The translations under genes were made by a program, and so were the position numbers. 64,000 bases of DNA from Setoptus koraiensis (taxonomy: Eukaryota; Animalia; Arthropoda): assembly GCA_048013815.1 (NCBI GenBank), contig CM106585.1, positions 7,750,001 to 7,814,000 on the forward strand, given 5' to 3'. Of this stretch, positions 27,258-39,537 are shown piece after piece. The notes beneath the pieces were generated by a model. It was not told where the DNA came from, ran no database searches, and worked only from the letters and a program-made list of their open reading frames with translations. Position 1 is the stretch's first letter; each line of letters starts with the position of its first letter.

Positions 27258-27630
27258 TTTTTCTTTCCCCCGTCCCCCCGAATCCGATTGTTGGGGTATC
27301 CGGGCGCACACACAAAAACAGATTTACAAGTGTTAGTTCGTAAGTCTCTGCTTCTCGCATATTTGCTCTCGCTGTTGTTTGAAACAAAATATGATATCTG
27401 TCTTTGTGTGTCTATATGCTGGCATGTCCAGTGGATCCATTTCGAAATTGAATTTCAGAATCAACAACAACCGAAACAGCAGACAACATATTTTTCTGCA
27501 ACTTTTTGCACACAACATCCAGCACAGCCAGTGACAACGGCAAAAATGACGACAACAAACAAACAAAAAAACAAACTAACAAACTAACGCCATTTCAGAC
27601 ATCGGTATTTCATTCAGTATATAGCAACGG

Positions 27631-28390
27631 ATGTCGGCAAGTGAGTGCACAGTGTCAAATAGTCCTTGTCTTCGCCTTTTTCTCTATTTTCGACAACATG
27701 TGGAGCTCCAAGTCGAGAGAGAAAGAGAAACAAAAACTGTGCCACACAAAGAAAGTCATGTTTCTGGTGGCCGAACGTGATATTTCGTCGACAACTGTTT
27801 TTATCGCACCAACATCCATCATTTCCTCTCTATTCGTGCTCTTTTTTCCTGCACAGATCGCTTTGCGCCGGACAGACCAAAACGATTTTTTCCTTCAACT
27901 TTCGCATCTTGCGGGGTCACAATAACAACAATAAGGCTCGGCCGGCGGCGACATTTTATTGAGATTAGTGCCCGAATGGGGTGCGGGCCTCTTTTTCATG
28001 GCAGTCACATAAAGCGGATATATCTGTTTTGGCTGGACACAAAGAGTGAGTGCTAGTACTGGACCAAGAGACACAATTGACCGGCTCGACGAGCCAAGAT
28101 GAAACTATCGATGAAACTAACGTAGCTTCGTCGGTGACATTTTTTGTTTCGTCGACAAAACAGAAACATCGACGGTGGGGGCCAGTTGTAGGCCGCGGGC
28201 TAACAGCAACACGAGCAACAACACAACCACCATGGGAGATAAATGTCAAAGTCAGCTGAACCATCAGGAATGCGGTTCGCTTGCTCGCGTGACCAAAATT
28301 AAGCTATCTAGAAAGAAAAAAATAACAGTCAGAATAGCCAGATTACGGAGACACTGGCTTGGTTTGGTTGTATTTGACGCTGGGCACTGA
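27631..28390 (+). CDS. Candidate 141-aa orphan gene; coding exons 27631-27640, 27857-28045, 28164-28390
   Basis: Double ACTAAC plus TTTCAG acceptor at 27598, GTGAGT donors at 27641 and 28046, acceptors at 27856 and 28163. Phases are compatible and the frame is open. No recognisable homology. Confidence 0.35.
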
Positions 28391-31300
28391 GCGATGTTTG
28401 CATCTAGTTTTAATGATGAATTTTTCAGCTCGCACACTTGGCGTTTGTGTGTCCATTCTTGCAAACAACAGCGATGGTGTGAATTAGACAATTCTTCTAG
28501 CAGTTATTATGATATTATGCTTCAAAGTCACGCAATTGGAACACATTCGCCTCGATAACAAAGATAGATGGATCAAAATATTGACTGAATAGTTGCCAGA
28601 AATAGTTTTCCTTCTTGAATTTGCGCTAGCAGTCTTCTCTCCTCCTTCCCCTTCTATGATCACAGTTTGCGAACACTGGCATAATCTCAATGAGATGCAC
28701 CAAATGAGCTCCATTAAATGCAACACAATTTGTTCAGTGAGGCCAGAAAAAAACGCTTCACGTGTAGACAAATTCGAGTGTAGGTGTATCACATCAGTAC
28801 GATGCTACATGCATCAATAATGCAACCATCTCTATCAGATTACAATACAATGACAAACATGACGATATGGTAAAACTGATTTGATTTCGGTTGTTGTTGC
28901 CTTTGTGTTGAATATTATCCGATCAGAGAAAGAGTGCCAGTCATTGTAATCTTTTTATCAATTGTGGTCGCTTAGCGCCTGAATAAGCAACTACGAGTTC
29001 GCAAAACTATTCACCAATTGTCACTTAACATAGTCATTCGGTCCCCATTCTATTCAGAGAGCTAAATATTCGTCTGATCTATTATGTTCGAGCGAGAGCT
29101 AAGGTGAACCGAAATTCCATCCAATTACTATAACGCCATTAGACGTAATCGTCAGGTGAACCTGATTGCTTTTGGTGCAATTTGTGAGTGCTTTGATCAA
29201 TGATCATGTAGTTTAGCGTGGCGAACAATCGTATTGACTTTAGCGGAAGTTGATCCGATGACAACAACAACAACTGACAATAGTTTTGGTTGCAAGGACA
29301 TCGGAATAGCTATCCATTGGGTTATATGAATATATGAAGTGCGAAAATACCGAAATACATGAGAGCTTCTGCCGCAGATAATCAATCAGATGGGTTTTGT
29401 TCGGATCAGATGAAAAAATGAAGGTTCGAATAGTCGAACTGAGCGACATGAATGGTGCATTGAGAAGCGATACGAACCCAATCAAAAATAATGTCCGAAC
29501 TATAGGCTTACCTGTTCGAAGCGCTGCGTTTAATGTTTTAATATAGAAACATTCGATCGCCCCCTTTGTGTAGTGGCTCAAAAAAAAAATCTGCTCAAAA
29601 GAAGGTGGACTTTTATCTGATACAAAAAATTATTGATTTATAGCATCAAATCGCATGAAAATGCAGCAATGGCCATTTTCGTGCAAAAACATCAACCAAC
29701 AGATATTGAGCCTGCCCATCGTGACTGATAGCCAGAACCGATTCTTGCAGTTAAACAACATGCTACCGACAGTGCAAATTTCGCATGTTGCTGAAAGGTG
29801 AATCCCGACGCAAAATCAGAGCCTATTTATTTTTTAGAGGTAATACTGGAATATTTTCACTCGAATTCAAATTTTCAACATCAATCCTTTTTTCTACCTC
29901 CAATTATATTTCGCACCTTTCAGATTCGGGCCGAACAATCAGTTTTGGGTTCTATCATGAAAGGCTCGGCTAGCTTTATAGCCGTGTTCAGTTTGATGCA
30001 TATATTCATTGTGGAAAACTTTCTTAATTGACTAGGATTATACATGATAAAGTGATTTGAATTTAATTATCTGGCAGACACCAGATAGGATGCTACGACG
30101 TTCAAAACAGTGCGCTAGGGCATCTGGGCACGCTATTGCTAGAGATGGTTATGCACGATCCAGAAAATACAATTTCAATGAAATTCTTCGAACGGACTGC
30201 TAACACGCTTAAAAGGTACAGTAACTGTGATTGAAAAATCTGCTAGGGCTCAGTGGAATGTGTATAAGACGTGACTTCCCTCACCCTTTGAGTCCTGCCC
30301 TTGAGAAATCGGTGCAAGCGACACAAACCTGCGCGGCAAGTTTCAAGTTCGCTGAATTCCTTTTCAGCGCTAAAATCTTTTGCATAATCGAATTTCGAGG
30401 AGCATATGTAAAAATGCGGTCATTGTCCGTACCTAGTGGAACACCTTCTGTAATCTCATTTCTCCCGCAGTAATGTCAATGAAGTCTCGTGAAAATCATT
30501 TGAAAAAGTCTCTCACGAACTCTCTTTTTCACGAAACAGGGACAGAGTGAGGAAAATTCCGAGACGAATTTTTGTTCAAAAACATTTCGCAAGATTGATT
30601 GGTTGGCACTTTCTTCTCCTTGGTCCCGGTTTAATGATTTATATTATGATAGGCCGCATGTAATCTCTACATACATACATTGGCAAATGTGCATTGTCGA
30701 AATACATTTGTATGATTATGACTGGCCAAGGAAAGAATGATACGAATAAATGTTACACTACATACTCGTATTGTATTAATGTATATACATTTTGTATAAA
30801 TATTGTGTACGAGATTGACTCAGATTGTTTAGCTTGCCAAGCTATCAGTGATTTATCAGTTATCAGTTTGTAGTAAGCAGACGCTAGAGCTGTGCACATA
30901 TCTGATAACTATTTTGGCCAAATTGACAGCACATTGACAGCTGATAAATAGAATAGATACATGTAGTTAAAGTAGCAGTAAGTGACAGTATGGCAGCAAG
31001 GTCATCGCGTCATGTAAGCGCTACATGTCTAGTTTGGCCAATTGAATGGGGCCTCGTCGTGCTGTCTTCTATCTTGATCGGAAGCTGAGTGGCCTTTCAG
31101 ATAGAACGCGCGCATCGGATCTCGTCGAGAGCCAGCGTATTCAGCGGGCCCATGACTACGCCGGTCATCACAGACGAAAAGTAGTGGCCGCACCAACTTG
31201 TAAACTGACTCAACTTCTCCGAAAGATCAACGCCAGTGCAAGCCAATGCTGCTGGCACTGCTGTTGGCAAGCTCGCAATTTGTTGATAAGCTAGCGATGA

Positions 31301-31987
31301 TGCGGCTGATCGCCGACCGTGGCGGGGTCAACTAGTTGATGCGCTCCAGTTAACATAGTTGGAAATATACAAGTCGGCATGTCTACTTGTATTACCAATA
31401 CACAGTTATCTGTGTGCTGATGAGGACTCGATTCAGCGATAAACAGATTTTATCTTCGTTCTTGTCCACTTGGCTGTCTCATAGGCTGGTCGGTGTCTCG
31501 GTTCGATGCAATTAGATTATGTCTGATTTAATCTGCGATTATGAATGAATTAATGCAGTGCAAGTTTTCGTGTGTGCAATCGAATTTAAAAACACGACAT
31601 TTTTCAGGAATCAATTGTGCGGACGGAAAAACTTTTTTTTTGTTCTCAATTTTCAGACTGGTTAGATTTGAAATTCTTAGATTGACCCCCGAATAGCGCG
31701 ATAATTTAGTCTTAATTCAGTTGGCGACACACACACACACGCGCACACACGTTACATAACGGAGCACGTGTAGCCAGTGCAAAGGCCACTTGAAAAGGTG
31801 CCAATGTGAAAAGTGAACAACATCGATTTGGCCATTGTAAGTGCAACTAGCGACACAGGCGTGCGCTAGTCGATGCAGCGACCAGCGTACATTACGTAAG
31901 AGCCCCGAAAGAGCGCAATTCGCCGCTGACCGCACTGACAAACAGATAATTGGTGTTGTGGCCCGGAGCTAGTGACCGTTAGCTTAC

Positions 31988-33710
31988 CTGAATTAGTTGT
32001 ATAGCAGTGACAACAACAATCTAACTCAAACTGCTGCTGGTCAGTTGCTTCTTCACCTGTGCACTGTTTCTTTTCTTCTTCTTCTATGCCGCTTAATGAC
32101 GGTAGCTTAACGAGCGACCATCTCCGACGGCTGTGGCGCGTCACAGGTATGGTCACTGTATCGTGTGGCTGCTGTTGTTGTTGTGGCTGCTGTCGGTGGT
32201 CATTGTTGTGGGTGCGCAAGTGGTTTTCGTTTGTGTCAGCGTCGCATCGGCATCGAAGAGTGTTTATCTGGCGCTTTGTCACAACACTAGCATCGCAGTT
32301 GTCATGGTCACCGGCATTTCTTTTTCTTCTCAATATTGGCACCAATGACTTATCTAATCTAATTAGTTCACTTGATCGGCTTCTTCGATTTCGCCTATCT
32401 GACTTGTGTGCTGTTTCGCTCGCTGTTGTTCTGGCGCTTTTGTTGGCGCAATTGTCACTGTTGTTGTCGTTGTTGTTGTTGTTGTTGTCGGTAGTGCAAT
32501 TTGTTGCTACCACTTCCACTACTGTGTGCCAATCATTTGACGACGCATCCTGTGCAAATGCGGATGTTGTTGCTAGGCTACCAAGGCTGCTGCGCACAAT
32601 AGCCGGCCCGGCAGATGATGCTGTTGGCACTGATTTACGACAATGCTGATTTTGGCTAGACGCTAATGCTGAAACGCCGACACACTTGCTGCAATAATAG
32701 TCTGATCTGTTGTCGTTGTTGTTGTTGTTGTTGTTGTTGTTGTCGCTACTGGTGCTGCTGCCGTTGCCACAATGGGCAACCTTATTGTACCTAGACGTTA
32801 CAGCAACTGGCTCGCTCGCTGCCTCTGCTGCCGCTGCTACTGTGCTGTTTCCTGTGCCGCTCTTGTGTGGACATTGCAAAATAGCGCCAAATAGATAGTC
32901 GCGAATGTCGCTATGTTCACTACAACTGCTACTGCTACGCTTGTCGTACTGCTGCTGCCGGCGCCGCTGCTCGTTGTTTGTCATGTGCTTGTCGTATCTG
33001 CTCGCGCTGCCTCTGCTGCCAAGACTGGCCTCGTCTTGCAACATCTCAGCCGCCGAGCTTGCCGAGTCGTGAGCGTCGCCCGACGGCTGTGCAAAACTGC
33101 CCGGCTCGCAATGCGCACTGGCGATATTTTGCTCCTCCGCTCCCCTCCTCATTTCTCTCATCTCCCATGTCTTGTGCTGGGCCCGCTGCGCTCCCTTCCT
33201 ATCAACTTGTCCCTCAACGGCACCATTGTCACCTAGCGGCCTTATCTGCAGGCTGGCTGTGCTGCTGCTGCTGCTGGTGTCGCCGCTGTTGCTGTTGTCG
33301 GCTCTGTTGCTGTGGGCGCACTCATTGGGGCCCGTCTGTACTGCTGGCAAACTGGCGCTGATTTTGGCGTCGTCGTCGTCGCTAGCTTCCGTCTTGGCGT
33401 CGCCAGAGCCCACCGGAGCAAAGATTGTCGAAGCCCGGTTAGTCGGCGCAGTGCTCGCCGGCGGACATGTATTTGTGGCGATATTGTCAGTGGCAGAATT
33501 GGGATCAGCGGGCCCCACGAGCAACAAGGAAGTGTCAATTGTCGCTGTCTTGGCGTCGTTGGCTGGCTGCTGTTGCTGCTGCTGTTGGTGTTGCTGTTGG
33601 TGTTGTTGTTTGGCTAGCTGCAATTGTTGGCGAACTAAGCCACGTAATGTGTTTGTGTTTTGAGCGCACACATTGAGATATTGTTTGAATTTGTTAACGG
33701 TGAAATCCAT
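31988..33710 (-). CDS. 1.7-kb low-complexity coding exon, unknown product
   Basis: 615-codon open frame of the same Q/N/S/T style. ATG at 33710 with in-frame stops just upstream. Phase-1 donor TCA G|GTAAGC at 31987. Confidence 0.7.
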
Positions 33711-34122
33711 CAAGAATGATCACTATTTCGGCCGCTTATCCGCCGCGATACGCTTCGTGCGCGCCTCTACTGTGTATAACACTAACTGCGCGATGTATTG
33801 TATGCCACGTCCACTACGCTTACGCGATCACCGTCCGATGTGCCCAATGCCCTGTCCAATAGATAGATAGATAGATACGGGGCCCAACCACAAGCCGGCT
33901 AAATGGATGACGTGCGCGTGCTTTATCTTGCCACATGGAAAATTGGATGCTGGATGCAATGATTGAAGATAGTGATTCTGCTCGCCGCTGCGCCAACAAC
34001 AACAGCAACAACAACGCCAACCTGCCAGCGTAACCTTGACTAGTGAAGGTGCCAACAAATATCAGCCAGCCAGCCAGCCTCGGTGATCCCTCAGTGTGTC
34101 GCAATTAGTTGTTTGTGTGGTG

Positions 34123-34124
<2 letters not shown>

Positions 34125-34170
<46 letters not shown>
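34125..34170. repeat. (GT)23 microsatellite
   Basis: Read directly from the sequence. Confidence 0.95.
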
Positions 34171-34177
<7 letters not shown>

Positions 34178-37100
34178 CCCAGCAACGACAACAACAACAA
34201 CGACAACGGCAACGACAACGGCAACAGCAATTGCTCAACTAGTGTAGATCGTGCGTGTGTTACGTAATTACAGCTAGCCGGCCAATTGTTAGTAGAGCAA
34301 GCCAGCAAGCCAGCCAGCTAAATAGAATTCAAGCGCGCACGTTATTGCGGTTATCTTGCGCGTGTCTAACTCTGGTGCGTGTGTGTTTGCGTATAGCTCC
34401 GTTCGCGACTTGCTCCAATTTAATCTCTTGCTTATTTAGTCTCTGGCTTCCTTTTCATTCAGCCCCCACTGCGCTGCTTATGCTACAAATGCTGGCGCCC
34501 TGCTTGCTACCAATTGGCCACGCCGGCCCCGACAAGCTGTTTGCCAGCCATTGAATATTTTTATTTCTCTCTCTCTCTCTGTCTACTGGCAACGATTGGC
34601 TGGCATGTCGATATAGATTAATAAAAGTCGTTGTGTCTCTGGCTGGCCGGCTGGCTGGCACTTTCTCGGCCCCCTTGCCCTTTGAACTTATTCTGTGTGC
34701 TTGCCCGCTTATTGCGTTTATTGGCTATTTGACAAACAGTGTGTTTACTTTGGCCCTAGATGGGCCCGGATCGCTAGATGGGGCCCAATAGGGTTCGACA
34801 CTCGACAGTCACTCGCACGAAATCTCTGTTTGTCTGTCGATCTTGTAGATCAAGTCCCAAATGACAACAAACATACAATCACATCATATTATGCGCATGT
34901 ATCTCTCTCTGCCTCTATCGTATGCATTCCTTGCCTGTGGCTATGTATAAGCTGCTGCTTCAGATTTTCTGTTTAGCCGCTAACAAAGAAATATAGCTTC
35001 GGAGTGAGAATTTTTGCCTTTGCTATTGTTATATTCTCTGGACATTTTCGTGCCATTTTTCGCATCTTTATTCTGTATGTTTTCTCTTTATTTCGTCTGT
35101 GCGTATTTGCCAAGCTTCTCTGATCGATTGCTGCCGATCGGCGATCGCTTTCGCGTTCAGTCGACCTTCACATGAAGCCTCCAGCCGAAGCCGAGACAAT
35201 AGCAGCAAACGTGCTAATAGCTACAAGTTTATACATATAATTTATAAGGCGCGCATACAATCGCAGTGGATTTTCATCGGCGCAGCGTTCAATATTTGCA
35301 ATCCGTTTCACTTTTGCTGTCTCGGCTGGCGTCTATGCGACGCAAATATATACGCTCGTATTATGATATATGATTCAGTCCACACTTGATTTGCACTTGT
35401 TGTATTTCGTTTCCAGTTCGTGTGCCTCAGCACGAGCGTCGTCGTAAATTTGTCAGTGTGTGATGCCACGAGCTGTTTTGTCGCGCACAAACAATCATCC
35501 CAGACAACGCGCCACAACAACTGGGGCCCCTTATTAAGTTTATCTACGCTTATAGAGCCTCTAATTGGGCCCTTGTTTAGACATAGGCAGCCACTGTTGC
35601 CTGTTTGCAGCTCGACTCGATATTGTCTCAATTTCGTTGGGTCGAATTTTGCTGAGATTGTTTGCACGACCCGTGGAGCCGTTGCGCAAAACAAAAGGCT
35701 CCTCAGTTTGGGTGGTGCACAGCAAAAATTGAGTTTCACTGCAAATTAACTGAGTCTAAATAAACTTGTGCGCTTGTGTGTCTGTCTAGACAAAATGAGT
35801 GACGTATTGACTCGACGTATATATACACTGGCACGAGCATTTGTCGATAAAATCTGTCTGATTGATGCCAGTCATGAATCACTTTTATTTTGTTGATAGT
35901 GGCGCCCTTGTTTACAGTCGCATTGTTATTGGCATTCTAATTGATGTTGTTGTTGACGCAGCAGTTGTTGATTGTTGTTTTACTTGATGAGATGGCCCGA
36001 GCTGAGCTGAGCTGAGATGAGATCTGGCGAGCAAGAAGAAGAAGAATGCGAGAAAGAATGCGAGAAATGTTTCACGCACTCACTATACAAACATAATTAA
36101 CTGGTCTTGGTGCTTGTAGTGCTGGATATATCAACTGCAGCTACAACAAATACACAAACTGCAATTATTCGAGCGCTCACTTAACTTATTTGCTATTCGC
36201 CAGAGTGTCTAACTGGCCGCTTTGCTGGCTTGCCGGCTGGCTCACTGGCTGACTTTCTGGCTGACTCTTTGGCTGACTCTCTGGCTGGTCGACTCACGGG
36301 CTGGCTGGCTGGCTGAAATGGTTATTATGATCGAGTTAACGTTTTGCTGTTGCGTTCGCGCGCTGCGACTCGCGTGAAGAAAAATCGTTTGCTGTAACCG
36401 GCAACGGCAACAAATTCTAGACAATAGCTTGCGTAATAAAGCGTTCCCTATCTGGCGCCAATGTAATGTTGATGTTGTTGTTGGTGCACCCCAGGTGAGT
36501 GTTTATATTATATTATTACTGTATATTTGTTTGTTGCATATGCTAATTGTGCGTAAGTGAATAGTGTTTAGTCAGCTTATTTAGTTAGACGCGGCAAGCA
36601 ACGTGTGGTAGTGACAACAGTGACGTTGCTGCACCAACAATGAACTACAAACAAACAAACAAACAAACAAATACGGATTCAGCTAGCTATTTGAGCCAAT
36701 GGACCGTTAGTTGGCTCGCTCGGCTTGCTTCATTGCAGCTCGACAATCACAACACACAAAACCAACTATCAGACTAAACTGGCAAGCTAGCCACGCCAGA
36801 AACAACAAATGTTGTGGACTCGCAACAACGTTTGTTCGCATGCTCAAGTCGCTATAGGCTGACGAACAAAGAGTGCCAATCAATTCAGCTTGCAACATTC
36901 ATGGCTATTCATGGACAGCCATGAATGAGGGCTCCCACGGATATTCACGCAACAAATATTCACCAACCAATACAATTTCAATATCAATATATTATAATAC
37001 CATTTCGATCATGTTCATGAGAAATCGTCGACAAATCTATCAATTGTCAACTGGTGGACAGCAGATTAGCCAATGCGACAATTTTGTGAAAACTCCATCA

Positions 37101-39104
37101 AGGGACTTGGCGAAATTTGGTCGGAAAATGTAAATATTTCAGAATTTTTGCCGGATTTACGACAAATTTACTGATCTTCTGTGGTCCTCCGAGTAAATTT
37201 CCTCTCATCGTTCAGTCCAATATTGCAATATGCTATTTTGGAAGAATTTATTTGATTGCCGGCATTTGTTCTGCGCGTTTGCTATCTCCAGACCGCTAAA
37301 TTGAAAATGTAATTTCTTGTGAATATCCATCGATAAATACGAAACTTTGCGAAACTCTGACAAACTCTACACAAATCCTTAGCGCTTCTCCAAATGGCGC
37401 AGCCCACCGTCAAACATTTGCGGTTCAAGTATCAGTCGCAAATCTATGGCAATTCTCTATTTGGTTGCGGTTGAACATTTCGCTCTGTTGGTTCATTTCA
37501 TCTTCTTTTTGTTTGCGAAGCTTGCACGAGTCCCTTTTACTAGTCAATAATCATCGTCAAACATACGCTGGACTTGGATTTGCTACGCCCATCGCCCACG
37601 GGTCGCAGGGGCCCAAGCGATCGTGGCGATCGTGATTCTGAATGGGCCCTGCATGGACAACATTTCGACAAGCGAGCCCAGATGAGGGGAGGCTCCCTTC
37701 AACAATGGGAGACAGGGCCTCCAATTGCGATAGAATTGCGTGACGCTGTCACAAAGGAATGCCTGCTAGCAAGCTCAATTTATATTTATATTCTGTACTT
37801 AGCGAGGCCATAGTCGGCCAACGGACCAACGAACAAATCGCAAAGGCCTCTTGGCAGCAATCTGCCGATTTTATTTATTACAAATCGTAGAGTTCGCCAA
37901 TTGTCGAAAATCCATCCAACATTTTATCGTGTAAGGCTTAGTGAATGGCCATTTCAAGATAAATAATTCAGATAAATAATGTCTGATGGTGTCCGGTGGC
38001 TAGAAGTAACCGTTGACTTGTGACATCGACACGATAGCCCTATCGCTAGATGAGTTAAAGTCGCTCTTTCCTGTTAGTTAGCCAAGTTAAGCGATATCAG
38101 AGTGTCTGTCGTCCTCAATCCCACCGATGGACTTGTTTCGAACGACTTGCCATTTGTTCGTCAACCACCATGATGCTCGTCGCTTATTCTTGGCTCAGAT
38201 CGCACCAAAACTATCCAAATGCAGCGCACTCCTGTTCAGAGAGAATTCTTGAATAATGCTTTTTCGGGCTCCTTTGTGTTTGGTCTGGAGCCCGATGATC
38301 TGTTTGGAAATGCGTTTTTCTTGGATGAGGGCAACTTTTTGTTGGAAGAGCCCCTCTCATTAGTAGTTCATTCAAGGGAACTGTTCGAAGGACGAAAGCA
38401 TTTCGGCTTGTCGTTGGCCAGAAAATCGTGTAGCGACGAAGATGGTTGTTTGCTTCAGAATTTGCGAAACAACAACCGAGCCTTGCCTGTTTTGATCAGA
38501 TAAGAAAACTTAATGCTATGCCTAAGTTCATCTTTTGGAGGTAATCGAGCAAAGTTTTTGTTTGCTGTTGTTTTCCTCTTGGAATATATCGAACAACTGC
38601 TCTCCTGGGTCTTACATATTGGGTTTTCTGGGCCCCCTAAAATTCCAGGGCCGCCATTGAGGACAGTAGGTTTGTGCTGGCAAACTCAGAGTGGAGATAG
38701 GGTCATTTCGGTGACGTCGAGCGCCAGTGATGTTAACTTCGTAGAAGCATATTTCTGGAAACGATTATTTCGGACACGCATATTTCATCGATTTTTGATT
38801 GGTGGAAAATGCATCCATCTCATGCCGGGATGTAAGTGATCAGTGAAATATTGAAATATACGTCGGATAATAATACGTTTTCTGAAAAGTACATTCGCTC
38901 AAGCACACGTCGTCGAATCGAGCCAGCAGAGAGCTCCTAGAAATGCGCTGCACGTTTGCAGCGTACACAGAAAAAAAAATCCGATCGGAGAGAAAATAGA
39001 GAAAAGTGATCTGTTTCTGGTCGAAGCGATTTTTGCATTGCTCCTCGTCTCGAGAGCCTCTAGTCGAGTAGCGAGAAAATTCGCTCGTTCGGCTACACTG
39101 GAAA

Positions 39105-39155
39105 TCGTGTGAAATTTCGGCCCAAATTTACAATTTCGGCCGAAATTTCACACGA
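39105..39155. repeat. Perfect 18-bp inverted repeat with 15-nt spacer
   Basis: TCGTGTGAAATTTCGGCC (39105-39122) / GGCCGAAATTTCACACGA (39138-39155). Confidence 0.92.
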
Positions 39156-39491
39156 AATTTGCTGACCGGCGGCGCTCTGTCAGGATGTTCGTCAACTTGG
39201 CCGGGCAATTTTTTAGCCATCACGATGGCCATCACGAGTCGAAGGGGTTCTCTCGAGTTGAGCAGCCGGTTGGCGTGGGAGCAATGTGGATCGAGTGTCC
39301 CGCGTGTATGTGGTGCAGGGGGCGCGCTTGTCTTAGCGGCAGAGTCTGGAAAAATCGGCTCGCGTTATCTCGTCGTCACGGATCAGAGACAGCAAGATAG
39401 AGGGGGCAGCGGGACAGTCGCAGTGGGAACAGGCGAGATCTGATATCAAGCGGAATACATCAGCATGGGGCGAGCGTTGTCGAAGTCGCTG

Positions 39492-39537
<46 letters not shown>

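Noticed and set aside
24200-31000. Transposable element or viral insertion in the plain zones (also 42.0-44.3 kb)
   Set aside because: No transposase, RT, integrase or capsid motif, LTR pair or TIR with target duplication could be identified by eye. Decayed elements remain possible.
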